Shown here in pieces: positions 8,208 to 18,092 of a stretch of 31,582 nt of DNA (positions are counted from its first letter, which is position 1; the number at the start of each line of letters is the position of its first letter). The position numbers were made by a program, and so were the translations under genes. The DNA comes from a virus. Its lineage: Duplodnaviria > Caudoviricetes. The stretch spans positions 1-31,582 of the IMG/VR virus record IMGVR_UViG_3300032305_001731; one strand, 5' to 3'. The notes beneath the pieces are model-generated. The model was not told where the DNA came from and did no database searches. It worked only from the letters and a program-made list of their open reading frames with translations.

Positions 8208-10070
8208 ATGGGGAAGAAATCACCCTCACCGCCGCCCGCGCCCGATCCCGTCGCCACGGCGCAGGCGCAGGGCCAGATCAACGCTGACACTGCCCGGCTG
8301 CAGGGGCGCATGAACCGGCTGGATCAGGTTACGCCCTACGGCAATGTCACCTATGACGACATCGGCAACGACCGCTCCCGCGTCACCACAACGCTATCCC
8401 CGGCCCAGCAGCGCCAGCTTGAGCTGACGAACCAAGCGCAGGAGATTTATGGGACGGCGGCGGTGTCGCAGCTTGGCCAGACGCGCGATGCGTTGTCCAG
8501 GCCGTTCCAGTACAAAGGGCCGGACGTGCAAACGGCTGTGGCGGATCGTTCTGGTGGGCTCTTCTATAATCTGCCTGGCAATTATGAGAACGATCTTCGG
8601 CGCAGCGTCACCGACCGCACTGGCCAGGTTCAGCAGAGCGTGCAGGATCGCAACGGCCAACTTCAGCGAGACGTTTCCGACCGCACCGGCCAAATTCAGC
8701 AGAGCGTTTCCGATAGAAACGCGGAACTTGTGCGCAGCGTAATCGACCGCACGAGCGAACTGCAGCGCAGCGTCCAGGACCGCACTGGCGATGTGATCCG
8801 TGGCGTGCAGGACCGCAGTGGCGATGTAATGCGCCGCGCCGATTTCACCGGCATTGGCGACGCAAACCAGGCCCGTTCCGATGTGGAGGCGGCGCTACTT
8901 GCTCGCATGAACCCGCAGCTTGAGGCACAACGTGCGGCGCTTGAGGCGCGGCTTGTAAATCAGGGCATCACGCCGGGCTCGCAAGCTTGGGAAACCGGAA
9001 TGCGCGACTACGCGCAGGCTGCAAATGACGCTCGATATGGCGCCATCCTGAATGCGGGCCAGGAGCAAAACCGCATTTTCGACCTGGGCTTTTTTCAGAC
9101 GCAATTAAATAATGCTGCCGTCGGTCAGCAAATGGGCAACGACTTAGATCGCGGTGGTTTCTCAAATAATGCAACAAATCTAATAATGGGCAATGACCTT
9201 TCTCGTGGGGACTTTGTTAATAGGGCCACCGGCCAAGCCTTTGAAATGGACCTGGCACGAGCGCAGTTTGCAAATCAGGCTACTGGTCAAGCGACGCAAT
9301 CCGATCTGGCGCGCGGGCAATTTCGTAACCAAGCTGCTGGCCAGGCGTCTGCTCTTGATTTGTCCAACGCCGCCTTTCGCAACCAAGCTACTGGTCAAGC
9401 GACGCAGTCCGATCTGGCGCGGGCTGGCTTTGGCAATCAGGCCGTGCAGCAAGCATACGGCATGGACATGGGCGGCGCGCAATTTGCGAACGACACCACA
9501 CAGCGCGCGTCGGACATGTACACGCAGCGGGCTGGTTTTAATAACCAAGCGCAGCAGCAGGCGTTTGGCATGGACATGGGCCGGGCGCAGCTCAACAATG
9601 CGGGCTCGCAGCAGTCGCTACAGCAGCAGCTTGCGCTGCGCGGCCAGCCGATCAATGAGGCGGCGGCGCTGCTGAGCGGCCAGCAGATACAGTATCCGCA
9701 GTTTCAAAACGTGTCGCAGGTTGCGATCCAGGCGCCGGATTATCAGAGCGCTGTGGCGCAGAATTATGCGGCGGCAAATTCGCAATACAACGCGGCCCTG
9801 CAGCGGCAGGGTGCCAATAACGCGGCCATTGGGCAGTTTGGCGGCCAATTAGCAGGCGCGGCGGCGATGTATTTCTCTGACCGCCGCTTGAAGCGCAACG
9901 CCGAGCGCATTGGCACCGGCTCTCACGGGCTGCCGATCTACCGATATGAATACCTCTGGGGCGAGCCTGCCATTGGCTACATGGCCGACGATGTGGCGGC
10001 GGTGGCGCCGCATGCGGTCACGGTGGGGCCTGATGGGTTTGCGCAGGTCAATTATGGAGCGCTGGCATGA
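8208..10070 (+). CDS. Putative ejection/pilot protein with internal repeats and a C-terminal peptidase S74-like (intramolecular chaperone) domain
   Basis: MGKKSPSPPPAPDP start, Gln/Ala/Asn-rich; SDRRLK at 9876 followed by GLPIYRYEY..GYMA..V. Confidence 0.7.
   Translation: MGKKSPSPPPAPDPVATAQAQGQINADTARLQGRMNRLDQVTPYGNVTYDDIGNDRSRVTTTLSPAQQRQLELTNQAQEIYGTAAVSQLGQTRDALSRPFQYKGPDVQTAVADRSGGLFYNLPGNYENDLRRSVTDRTGQVQQSVQDRNGQLQRDVSDRTGQIQQSVSDRNAELVRSVIDRTSELQRSVQDRTGDVIRGVQDRSGDVMRRADFTGIGDANQARSDVEAALLARMNPQLEAQRAALEARLVNQGITPGSQAWETGMRDYAQAANDARYGAILNAGQEQNRIFDLGFFQTQLNNAAVGQQMGNDLDRGGFSNNATNLIMGNDLSRGDFVNRATGQAFEMDLARAQFANQATGQATQSDLARGQFRNQAAGQASALDLSNAAFRNQATGQATQSDLARAGFGNQAVQQAYGMDMGGAQFANDTTQRASDMYTQRAGFNNQAQQQAFGMDMGRAQLNNAGSQQSLQQQLALRGQPINEAAALLSGQQIQYPQFQNVSQVAIQAPDYQSAVAQNYAAANSQYNAALQRQGANNAAIGQFGGQLAGAAAMYFSDRRLKRNAERIGTGSHGLPIYRYEYLWGEPAIGYMADDVAAVAPHAVTVGPDGFAQVNYGALA
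8604..8834 (+). repeat. Seven degenerate 33-bp (11-aa) repeats, xVxDRxGxxxx
   Basis: SVTDRTGQVQQ SVQDRNGQLQR DVSDRTGQIQQ SVSDRNAELVR SVIDRTSELQR SVQDRTGDVIR GVQDRSGDVMR. Confidence 0.85.
9138..9623 (+). repeat. About nine degenerate 54-bp (18-aa) repeats, xDLxRAxFxNQAxxQAxx
   Basis: Visible in the translation; GCTACTGGTCAAGCGACGCA occurs twice at the DNA level. Confidence 0.8.
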
Positions 10071-10447
10071 GCATGTCTTTTGGCGGTGGCGACCCCTATG
10101 GCGCGCTGGTGCAGGCTATGGCGCAGCGTCGCCAGCGGATGGCGCAGCAGGCCCCGCAGCAGCAGCCTATGCAGCCTCTAGGCGGCACGATGGAACTCCG
10201 GGTGCCGCAGATGCCGCAGATGAGCGGGGCGGCCACCAACGGCGTTGGCGGCGCTATGGGCGGTATGTCGGCATCTTCCATGGCTGAGATGCTCAAGCGC
10301 ATGCGGGGCAACCCAGAGGATGGGCGCAGCTTCATGGAGCGGCTTGGCGGCGCAAGGCCGGACCTCGGCAGCCGGATGGGCGAATTTAAGGGCCAGCCAC
10401 TGCAAACCTATGACCTTGGGCAAGCGCCGACAGGGGGGCTCTACTGA
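10067..10447 (+). CDS. Hypothetical Met/Gly/Gln-rich virion protein
   Basis: Translationally coupled on both sides. Confidence 0.6.
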   Translation: MSMSFGGGDPYGALVQAMAQRRQRMAQQAPQQQPMQPLGGTMELRVPQMPQMSGAATNGVGGAMGGMSASSMAEMLKRMRGNPEDGRSFMERLGGARPDLGSRMGEFKGQPLQTYDLGQAPTGGLY

Positions 10448-12174
10448 TGGCCCAATCGAACGACGTTCTCGCGCAATTGCTGCTCCAGCAGTCGCGCCAG
10501 CAGGGCCGGCGGCAATCCGCGGCATCACGCTTGGCCGAGCAGATGATGGCCGGCCTGAACAACCCCACGCCGGTCTATAGCACTGGCGCCACGCTGGCGC
10601 GGGCGGGTTCTGGCCTGCTGGCAGGGCTATTGGCGCAGCAGGCGGAAAGCCGCGATCAGGCGCGCGAAGACGAGCAGATGCAGCGGCTGCAGGACCGGAC
10701 GGATAAGCGGGACTACACCAACCGGCAGGAACTGGCTTCGTTCCTTGGCGGCCCGTCTCAAGCACCAATACAGATGCCGCAGCCGCAGCCCCAGCAGCAG
10801 CCCATCCAGACAGCGCCAGAGGGGGCCGTCCTGCGCGAGCCCCTCGGGCCCTTGCCACAAGTGCAGCCCCGTGGAGAGGCCCCGCTGGCGGTGTCGCAGG
10901 GCATTGCCCAGCGCGCGGCCTTGGACCCTAACGCGCCGGATTATGCGGAGCGCATCGCCCAAATCAACAACGGCGTGATGGGGCAGACAATGCCCGGCCA
11001 GGCGCCGCAGCCGGTGCCGCGTTCTGCACAAACTGGCGCAGGCGCACCACCGCAGTCTGACGCGATGACAATGTATCTACGCGCCGTGAGCAGCCAAAAC
11101 CCGATGATCTCGCGCTTGGCGCCGGGGTATTTGGCGCAGGCGAACCGGGAGGATGCCCGGGCTGGGCGCGTCAACCCGACCGTTGAAATCAACGGCCCGC
11201 AAGGCCCTGGGACCTATGAGCGCCGGCAGGATGGGACGCTGGCGTTTATTGGCGGCCGGATGCCGCCGCAGGAAGGCGCGGAGACGTTTACCGGAGCGCC
11301 GCAGACCGTCATGCAGAACGGGCAGCCGGTGCTGGTGCAGATGGGCAATCGGGGCACCGTGCGGCCGATGCAGGGGTATGGGCCGCGCAATGAGGGCCAG
11401 TTTGGCGGCACTAGCATGGACGCGCAGGCGCTCAATATTCTGCTGGCGCCAAATGCTGATCCATCCAGCCCGACCTATGCGGCCGCGTTCAACCAGGCTT
11501 ATGGGCCTCGGACGGTGACGCAAGCAGACGGCACTGTTGTGACCATCCAGCCGCAGCCGCCGGCCGGCATTCGCGCGCCTGTTGTCAACAGCCAGCCCCA
11601 GGCGGTAGCGCAGCCCCAGGCGGCCGCGCCTGCGTTGCAGCAACCTGTTCAACCCCAGGCGTCGGCTGGCGCCGTGGCTCCCGAGGTGACGCAAACGCCC
11701 GGCGCAACCGTCACCCGCCTGGCGGGCACCACGGGCACGCTTACGGAATCTCAATCTCGATCCAACATGTTTGGCAACGCGATGAGTGAGGGCCACCGGA
11801 TCCTTCAAGAGATCCAAATTCCGAATAATGCGACTTTGGTGGCCTGGCGGAATGCGCCAGAAACGCTGGTTAACATGGCGCTGAACCAGAACGATCAGCA
11901 ATATTTCAACGCGCTGCGCCAGTTTGCGGCGGGCGTGCTGCGTAAAGAAACCGGCGCGGCGTTTAGCAATTCGGAATTGATGGACGTGCAATCCCGGTTT
12001 TTCCCAATGCCTGGGGACAGTCTGATCAATCGGCAGCAGAAGGCGCGCGCTCGGCAGCAGGCCATTGAGAGCATGCGGGCGGAAATCCCCGGGGGCTTCC
12101 GTGGGCAGTTGCCGCCGCCCCCTGCGGGCAACGCCCTTTCAATTGAAGGTTGGTCTGGGAGGGTGTTGCCCTAA
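10447..12174 (+). CDS. Putative ejection (DNA transfer) protein
   Basis: Gln/Pro/Ala-rich; C-terminal LRKETGAAFS..E....FFP.PGD motif; synteny with P22 gp20. Confidence 0.65.
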   Translation: MAQSNDVLAQLLLQQSRQQGRRQSAASRLAEQMMAGLNNPTPVYSTGATLARAGSGLLAGLLAQQAESRDQAREDEQMQRLQDRTDKRDYTNRQELASFLGGPSQAPIQMPQPQPQQQPIQTAPEGAVLREPLGPLPQVQPRGEAPLAVSQGIAQRAALDPNAPDYAERIAQINNGVMGQTMPGQAPQPVPRSAQTGAGAPPQSDAMTMYLRAVSSQNPMISRLAPGYLAQANREDARAGRVNPTVEINGPQGPGTYERRQDGTLAFIGGRMPPQEGAETFTGAPQTVMQNGQPVLVQMGNRGTVRPMQGYGPRNEGQFGGTSMDAQALNILLAPNADPSSPTYAAAFNQAYGPRTVTQADGTVVTIQPQPPAGIRAPVVNSQPQAVAQPQAAAPALQQPVQPQASAGAVAPEVTQTPGATVTRLAGTTGTLTESQSRSNMFGNAMSEGHRILQEIQIPNNATLVAWRNAPETLVNMALNQNDQQYFNALRQFAAGVLRKETGAAFSNSELMDVQSRFFPMPGDSLINRQQKARARQQAIESMRAEIPGGFRGQLPPPPAGNALSIEGWSGRVLP

Positions 12175-13865
12175 TGCCACGTTTTGAAATTACTGCGCCT
12201 GATGGCCGCCGTATGGAGGTTAACGGGCCGGAAGGCTCAACGATGGAGCAGGCCATTCAGTGGGCGCAGCAGAACATGCCGGCCGCGCGCGAGCGCAGCA
12301 CAATTGAACAGGTTGCTTCCGGCGCGGGGCAATATGGCGCAGGCATAAATCAAGGAATTGCCGCCCTTGTTGGTGGCCCGTTTGATTTGGTCAACCGAGG
12401 CCTGCGCGCCGTGGGGGTGCCTATCCCTGAAGGCAGTGTGGCAAATGCGGTGCAGCGCGGCATCAATGGCGTTGTGGGTGAGCCTGCGGAACCTAACGGC
12501 ACAATTGAACAATTATTGCGAGGCGCTGGGCGGGGCACTGTTGACGCGGCCACGATGGCCATTCCCGCAGCAGCCGTTGCGCGCGCTACACAAGTTGCCG
12601 GCCAAGCCCCCACCCTCATCAACAGGACATCAACAGCGCTTGCCTCGCAGCCGGTTATGCAAGGCGTCTCTGGCGCGGTGGGCGGCGCTGTTGGGGACGC
12701 GACGGATAGCCAGCTTGCTGGCACAGCCGCCGCATTTGCCACACCTCTGGCCGCGTCACTGGCTGGGCGGATGATTACACCCGTTCGCACGATGCCCAAC
12801 CCAGAACGGCAGGCGTTGGTTGCGGCGGCAGAGCGCGAAGGCATCCCTGTCACAGCGGGGCAGGCGACGGGCAGCCGTTTCCTTCAAAACATTGAAGGCA
12901 TGCTTGAGCAGTTGCCGTTTACCTCCGGCCCGCAGCGCGCAATCCGTGAGGCGCAAGAGCGCGCTTTTACAGCGGCATCGTTGCGACGAGCTGGCGTGAA
13001 CTCTGATGTGGCAACGCCCGATGTGCTGAATGCGGCCCGCACACAGATTGGCGGCGATCTTGGCGCCATTGCTAACCGCAATACGCTAGACGCGAGCCCG
13101 CCGCAGTTTCTCAATGATCTGGTTCAGGCATCAAATGAAGCTCGGCGCTATGCCGCTCGTGATGTTGAGCGCAGCGTCCTTAACCGTATTGATGACGTGC
13201 TAAACAAGATTGAACCCGGCGACACTATTCCAGGCCGAGCCTATCGAGAATTAGACAGCGATTTAGGCAAAGCCATCCGCGGCGCCGAAGGCGACATGCG
13301 GACCCGACTAAATGATCTGCGGCAGATAATGCGAAACCAGATGGACGCAAGCATTTCTCCCGCCGATGCGGCCGAGTGGGCAAGGTTGCGCCGCGAATAT
13401 GCAAACCTGATGGTGTCCGCGCGTGCCGCTGGCGGGGCGGGGGCGGGTGCTGCGCAGGGACAAATTTCGCCGCTAAGTTTGCGTGGCGCATTGAACCAAA
13501 GCACAGGCGGAAATTACGCGTTTGGTCAAGGCGATCAAAACGAACTGGCGCGCATTGGGCAATCCGTTTTGCGGGCGCCGCCGGACAGCGGAACTGCTGG
13601 CCGAACGGCCGCGGGCAACTTGCTGACGTTGACGCTGCCGGGAAGCGGCGGCGGCATGATTGGCGCGGCGCTGGGTGGGCCGCTCGGCGCGGCCGTGGGC
13701 GCTGGCGCCGGATTAGCCGCACCCCGCCTTGCTCAGATGCTTATGAACAGCGCAACAGGCCAAGCGTATTTGCGTAACAATCTTGTGCAAGACCAGGTTC
13801 TAACAAGGCAGCTTCTGGGCGCGCTTGCCGCGCAACAAAGTAACGCTGCGGTCAGCCGTCCATAG
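12174..13865 (+). CDS. Putative ejection (DNA transfer) protein
   Basis: MPRFEITAPDG..EV.GPEG start; Gly/Ala hydrophobic segments; PDSGTA motif; synteny with P22 gp16. Confidence 0.65.
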   Translation: MPRFEITAPDGRRMEVNGPEGSTMEQAIQWAQQNMPAARERSTIEQVASGAGQYGAGINQGIAALVGGPFDLVNRGLRAVGVPIPEGSVANAVQRGINGVVGEPAEPNGTIEQLLRGAGRGTVDAATMAIPAAAVARATQVAGQAPTLINRTSTALASQPVMQGVSGAVGGAVGDATDSQLAGTAAAFATPLAASLAGRMITPVRTMPNPERQALVAAAEREGIPVTAGQATGSRFLQNIEGMLEQLPFTSGPQRAIREAQERAFTAASLRRAGVNSDVATPDVLNAARTQIGGDLGAIANRNTLDASPPQFLNDLVQASNEARRYAARDVERSVLNRIDDVLNKIEPGDTIPGRAYRELDSDLGKAIRGAEGDMRTRLNDLRQIMRNQMDASISPADAAEWARLRREYANLMVSARAAGGAGAGAAQGQISPLSLRGALNQSTGGNYAFGQGDQNELARIGQSVLRAPPDSGTAGRTAAGNLLTLTLPGSGGGMIGAALGGPLGAAVGAGAGLAAPRLAQMLMNSATGQAYLRNNLVQDQVLTRQLLGALAAQQSNAAVSRP

Positions 13866-14082
13866 ACATGCCGCGCGCGGCTTTCCATCCGTAACGCAGC
13901 CACGCCCAGCAAAACATTAGCAGCCACACGCCACCAAAACCGGCAATGAGGGCGGCAAGTAAACGCTCTTTTGAGTTCGGGCTATCAACGGCCAGCCACG
14001 CCGCGCAGCCCAACGCGCACGACAGCGCGCACTGCCCAATCATTGCCCATCGCTGAGCTGGCGTTTCATCCATGCCTGCCAT
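13852..14082 (-). CDS. Small two-TM membrane protein, opposite strand
   Basis: Two hydrophobic stretches; fills the gap between ejection and fibre genes; start uncertain. Confidence 0.55.
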   Translation of the reverse strand: MAGMDETPAQRWAMIGQCALSCALGCAAWLAVDSPNSKERLLAALIAGFGGVWLLMFCWAWLRYGWKAARGMSMDG

Positions 14083-14119
14083 CCTAACGGGTGCGCGGGC
14101 TTTTTGCATGAGGTAATTG

Positions 14120-15628
14120 ATGCCCCGTTCTGCGTCCACCGGCGTCTATACGGCGCCGAGCAACAGCTTCAACCCGGCGGTGACCAACACCACCATCGGC
14201 AGCGCGGCCTGGAACGCCACGCAAGCGGATTATGTGACCGCGCTGGCCCATACCGCCAGCACGACCCGCGCGCTGTATCCCACGACCGGCCAGGTGCAGG
14301 ACAGCGGGTTTTTGTGGGGCGGCACTGCCGGCGGCACGGCTGATGCGCTGACGATCACGCTGACGCCGGCGATTACGGCCTATGCGACGGGGCAGATTTT
14401 TCAGTTTATCGCGGCCGCAGCAAACGTGACGGCGACTCCAACCATCAACGTCAACGGCGTGGGCGTCAAAACAATCAAGCGCCAGAGTGGTGCAGCGATA
14501 CAGGCCAGCGACATTTCAGCCGGCGCCGTGGTGCAGGTGGTATACAATGGCACTGACTTTCTGCTGACCGGCGTAACGGCCGGGCAAGCGTCCAGCCTGG
14601 GCGTGGTTCCGTATTCCGGTCGCACGTCAAACACGATTTTTGGTTCGGCGGATCGCGGTTATTTGGTAGACATTACCTCCGGCACGTTTACCCAGACCTT
14701 TGGCGCGGCTTCGGCGCTTGGTTCCGGCTGGTGGCTTTATCTTCGCAACAGCGGCACGGGCGAAATCACGCTTGACCCGAACGGTGCGGAAACAATCGAC
14801 GGCCTGACCACATTCATAATGTATCCCGGCGAGGCGCGGCTGATCCAGTGCGACGCGACGGCGCTGCGGTCTTTAGTGATTGAGCCGTTTATCCAGACTT
14901 ACACGGCTGGTGGGACGTGGAGGAAGCCGCCCGGCTATTCAGTGTTCGGCGGATTTGTTTGGGGTGCGGGCGGCGGCGGCGGGCGTTCTGGCACCACTTT
15001 TGGCGCAAGTGGTGGCGGCGGTGGCGCTTGCGTTCCTTTTTCGCTTCCGGCGGCTTCCTTTGGTACTACTGAGACAATCACCATTGCTACAGGTGGCACG
15101 GCGCAGACTGGCATCGGTACAGGCGGCCTTGGCGGCAATAGCTCTATCGGGACGGTTGTAATTGGGTATGGTGGCGGTGGTGGTGGCGGCGCCGCCGCTT
15201 CTAACCAGCCAGGCGGCGGTGGTGGTGGCGCGTTCAGCGCGGGAAATACTGCCTCAGGCACAGGAGACGTGCAGGGCGGGCAACCGCGCATGCCAAGCCC
15301 GGCTAATAATAATGTCGGATATGGGGGTGGTGGCAGCATTTCTGATAATGTCGGCAGCGCGGTCTATGGCGGTTCTGGCGGTAATCCGCTTGGTAGCCAG
15401 GCCACCATCTTTGCGCTTTACGGCGGCGGCGGCGGTGGCGGTGTTTCTTCCGGCGCCCAGATAGGCCCGCCCGGCACTTCAACTTTTGGCGGATCGGGCG
15501 GCGCGGCAGGTGACGCTGTTTCTGGAACGGCAGGCAGCGCGCCGGGCGGTGGCGGTGGCGCTACGCGCACGGGCACCACCAGCGGCGCAGGCGGCCGAGG
15601 CGAAGTTCGTATTTGGGGGCTCATCTGA
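14120..15628 (+). CDS. Tail fibre protein, glycine-rich C-terminus
   Basis: GAGG SD; T.TINVNGVG.KTI motif; polyglycine repeats ending GRGEVRIW. Confidence 0.8.
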   Translation: MPRSASTGVYTAPSNSFNPAVTNTTIGSAAWNATQADYVTALAHTASTTRALYPTTGQVQDSGFLWGGTAGGTADALTITLTPAITAYATGQIFQFIAAAANVTATPTINVNGVGVKTIKRQSGAAIQASDISAGAVVQVVYNGTDFLLTGVTAGQASSLGVVPYSGRTSNTIFGSADRGYLVDITSGTFTQTFGAASALGSGWWLYLRNSGTGEITLDPNGAETIDGLTTFIMYPGEARLIQCDATALRSLVIEPFIQTYTAGGTWRKPPGYSVFGGFVWGAGGGGGRSGTTFGASGGGGGACVPFSLPAASFGTTETITIATGGTAQTGIGTGGLGGNSSIGTVVIGYGGGGGGGAAASNQPGGGGGGAFSAGNTASGTGDVQGGQPRMPSPANNNVGYGGGGSISDNVGSAVYGGSGGNPLGSQATIFALYGGGGGGGVSSGAQIGPPGTSTFGGSGGAAGDAVSGTAGSAPGGGGGATRTGTTSGAGGRGEVRIWGLI

Positions 15629-16026
15629 TGAATTACGCCATCTTGGATGCGGATAGCCGCGTCATCAACATTGCCGTGGCGGATGCGACCTGGCAGCCCG
15701 GCGAGGGCCTGACCAAGCGCGAGGCTACGACCGGGTGCGAGATTGGCGGCCGCTGGACCGGCAGCGGGTGGGAGCCAAGCCCCATCCCGCCCGTGCCTGT
15801 GCCGGCCAGCATCACGCCGCTACAGGCCCGCCGCGCGCTGCGTGCTGCTGACCTGCTTGATGCCGTCAACGCCTGGATCGCAACCCAGCCCGACGACGCG
15901 CAGGAGGCGTGGGAATACTGCATTGAAGTGCGGCGGGACAGCCCGCTCATTGCCGGCGCGCAGGAGGGGCTGGGCCTTACCAGCGAGCAGGTTGACGACC
16001 TGTTTCGCGCAGGCGCCGCGCTGTGA
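15628..16026 (+). CDS. Tail fibre-associated/assembly protein
   Basis: VP.SITPLQAR.AL...WEY...RDSPL....LGLT.EQVDDLF pattern, commonly found after fibres. Confidence 0.65.
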   Translation: MNYAILDADSRVINIAVADATWQPGEGLTKREATTGCEIGGRWTGSGWEPSPIPPVPVPASITPLQARRALRAADLLDAVNAWIATQPDDAQEAWEYCIEVRRDSPLIAGAQEGLGLTSEQVDDLFRAGAAL

Positions 16027-16232
16027 GCCCGGGCGACCTCACGATCCTGAACCGGATTGCTGAGAGTAGCCCGGTTGTCGTCCTGATCCTCAGCGTCGCC
16101 TGCACCGTGCTGTGGCGCACGCTGCGGGAAGAAATGCGCGAGTGGCGGCACATCGCCGGGCGCAACACCGAGGCCGTCCATGCCCTGACTGTGGCGGTGG
16201 ACCGCCTGCGAGAGAAAATCGACGGACCATAA
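16023..16232 (+). CDS. Single-TM protein, holin-like
   Basis: TM VVLILSVACTVLW followed by a coiled-coil tail. Confidence 0.5.
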   Translation: MSPGDLTILNRIAESSPVVVLILSVACTVLWRTLREEMREWRHIAGRNTEAVHALTVAVDRLREKIDGP

Positions 16233-16273
16233 GCGCCGAAACACGGCGCTGCGGCGCCTGACGGGAGTTCCCA

Positions 16274-17359
16274 ATGGCACCGAAATCTCTACCGGAAGCC
16301 CTGTGCCGTGAGGCATGGGAGGCTGTAGCCACGACCGGCACATTAGCGGCCGCAGCTCGCAAATTGGATGAGCATCGAGAAACCGTCAAACACCGCTATC
16401 ACGAAGGCATCAGGCGTTTTGGCTGGGATGACGTGCTGCGCTCAGCCTTTTCGGCCAAGGCGTATAAAGAGCAGCCGCGCTTTACGCCACCAGAACTGGC
16501 GGATGCCTCAGAGGATATTGAGGCGTGGCTTGACCGCCGGGAAGGTGAGTTCGCCCGCAAGCGGGCGGCAAGTGACGCGCGCGAGTGGATGGAGTTCACA
16601 ATCACCGAAAACGCGCCGTTCGCTCTGGTTTTTGTGGGCGACCCGCACGGCGATGACGATGGATGCGACATTTCCCTATTGCGCCGGCATGTCGCGCTGA
16701 TTGAGCACACGCCCGGCATGTTTGGTGTTGGGATGGGTGACTGGGTAAATGCCTGGGTGGGCCGGCTTGAGCGCTTGTATGGCGAGCAGGCCACGACTAA
16801 GGCCCAGGGCTGGCGGTTTGCTGAGTGGATACTTGGCAAAGAGTTCTGGCTGTTGATGCTGCTCGGCAACCATGACCTGTGGCATGGCGCCGGCAGCCCA
16901 TTGCGCTGGATGTCGCGCGGCCACGCTGTCATGGCGGATTGGCAAGCAAAATTCCAAGTCCGGTGCGGCGATCAGGTTTGGCGCATCTGGGCCGCGCACG
17001 ATTTTCCCGGCAGCAGCGCATGGAACCGGCTGCATGCCCCGGGCAAACGGGCGGCTCTGACCGGGCATGATGCTGACCTGTTCATTGCTGCGCACCGCCA
17101 TTGCTTTGGCTTGGCCGAGCAGCAGGACGAACACACCGGCCGCGTGTCATGGCTAGCCCGGGCCAAGGGCTACAAAGTGGCCGACACCTATGCGGCAAAC
17201 CTTGGCTATGGCCAGGCGCAAGACCGCGGCCATTCTATTGTGGCTGTATGTGATCCGGCGACCGGGCGGATGACCTGCTTTTCAGATGTGGAAGAGGCGG
17301 CGCGCTACCTGACTTGGCTGCGGCGCCCACGGGTGCGAGTGCCGGCGGTGGCAGCATGA
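16274..17359 (+). CDS. Calcineurin-like metallophosphoesterase with N-terminal HTH
   Basis: GDPH, GD, GNHD, AH and AHRH motifs in order; N-terminal LAAAARKL..HRETV. Confidence 0.85.
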   Translation: MAPKSLPEALCREAWEAVATTGTLAAAARKLDEHRETVKHRYHEGIRRFGWDDVLRSAFSAKAYKEQPRFTPPELADASEDIEAWLDRREGEFARKRAASDAREWMEFTITENAPFALVFVGDPHGDDDGCDISLLRRHVALIEHTPGMFGVGMGDWVNAWVGRLERLYGEQATTKAQGWRFAEWILGKEFWLLMLLGNHDLWHGAGSPLRWMSRGHAVMADWQAKFQVRCGDQVWRIWAAHDFPGSSAWNRLHAPGKRAALTGHDADLFIAAHRHCFGLAEQQDEHTGRVSWLARAKGYKVADTYAANLGYGQAQDRGHSIVAVCDPATGRMTCFSDVEEAARYLTWLRRPRVRVPAVAA

Positions 17360-17565
17360 GCAAGTCCGTTTCCCGGAGCCCGCTCTACGCCGCCGCAGAG
17401 GCCGCTGTAGAGCGCGGCGCAACCGTCGCGCTGCTGACTTACTTTGATGACGAGGGCGCCCTGCATGTGGTGCCCATCGGCGACTCAAACACAAGCCCGA
17501 TCATGTTCGCGGGGATGCTCGCGCATGCGCAGATTTTGATGCTGACAGGAGACGATGAGGAATGA
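17356..17565 (+). CDS. Hypothetical protein
   Basis: ATGA-coupled on both sides. Confidence 0.55.
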   Translation: MSKSVSRSPLYAAAEAAVERGATVALLTYFDDEGALHVVPIGDSNTSPIMFAGMLAHAQILMLTGDDEE

Positions 17566-17720
17566 AGGCATATCTCAAAGCCCGCCTGTGCGAGGCGTCT
17601 AGCTGGAACGCGGTTTTGGGGGTGGTGATGGCGAGCTACATGCTGCCCCCGCCCTGGGCGTGGCTGGCTCTGGCCGCTGGCGTGGCCGGCGTGATGCTGC
17701 CGGACGGCGGCAAGCAATGA
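17562..17720 (+). CDS. Probable holin (52 aa, two TM)
   Basis: Not in the ORF track: MKAYLKARLCEASSWNAVLGVVMASYMLPPPWAWLALAAGVAGVMLPDGGKQ; coupled to the spanin. Confidence 0.65.
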   Translation: MKAYLKARLCEASSWNAVLGVVMASYMLPPPWAWLALAAGVAGVMLPDGGKQ

Positions 17721-17950
17721 TGGCGCTGCTGGCCTTCGTGCCGCTGCGCGTGGGCATCGCGGTGGGTGCGGCCATGGCTGTGGTGGCTGCGCTGGCCTGG
17801 CTGCGAACGGATGCGGCGCACGACGCGCGGCAGGCGGTGGCGGTGGAAGCCGCGCAACGTGAACAGGAAACACGACATGAGGCTGAGACCGCTGCTCGCG
17901 CTGCTGAGCGCGATGGTGCTGCTGACCGCCTGCGCGCCGGGCATTTCTAG
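17717..17950 (+). CDS. i-spanin (Rz-like)
   Basis: N-terminal TM then Ala/Glu/Arg helix; overlaps a lipoprotein gene. Confidence 0.7.
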   Translation: MMALLAFVPLRVGIAVGAAMAVVAALAWLRTDAAHDARQAVAVEAAQREQETRHEAETAARAAERDGAADRLRAGHF

Positions 17951-18092
17951 CCGGCCCTGTCCTCGCGTGTCGGAATTTCCGGCCGCGCAGCAGGCCCAGG
18001 CGGCGGTTGAGATCGAAGGCCGGCCGGCCATCACTGGCATGATGCAAGCGATGGCGGCGGATCGGGCCTATAATAGAGAGGTGTGCCGATGA
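17877..18092 (+). CDS. o-spanin lipoprotein (Rz1-like)
   Basis: MRLRPLLALLSAMVLLTAC lipobox; overlaps the 3' end of the i-spanin. Confidence 0.75.
   Translation: MRLRPLLALLSAMVLLTACAPGISSRPCPRVSEFPAAQQAQAAVEIEGRPAITGMMQAMAADRAYNREVCR

Noticed and set aside
8604-9623. Periodic repeats as a CRISPR array
   Set aside because: Degenerate, in-frame coding repeats without spacers; no cas genes
14960-15610. GGC-rich repeats in the tail fibre as a DGR target or repeat element
   Set aside because: They are polyglycine codons; no reverse transcriptase or template repeat was found
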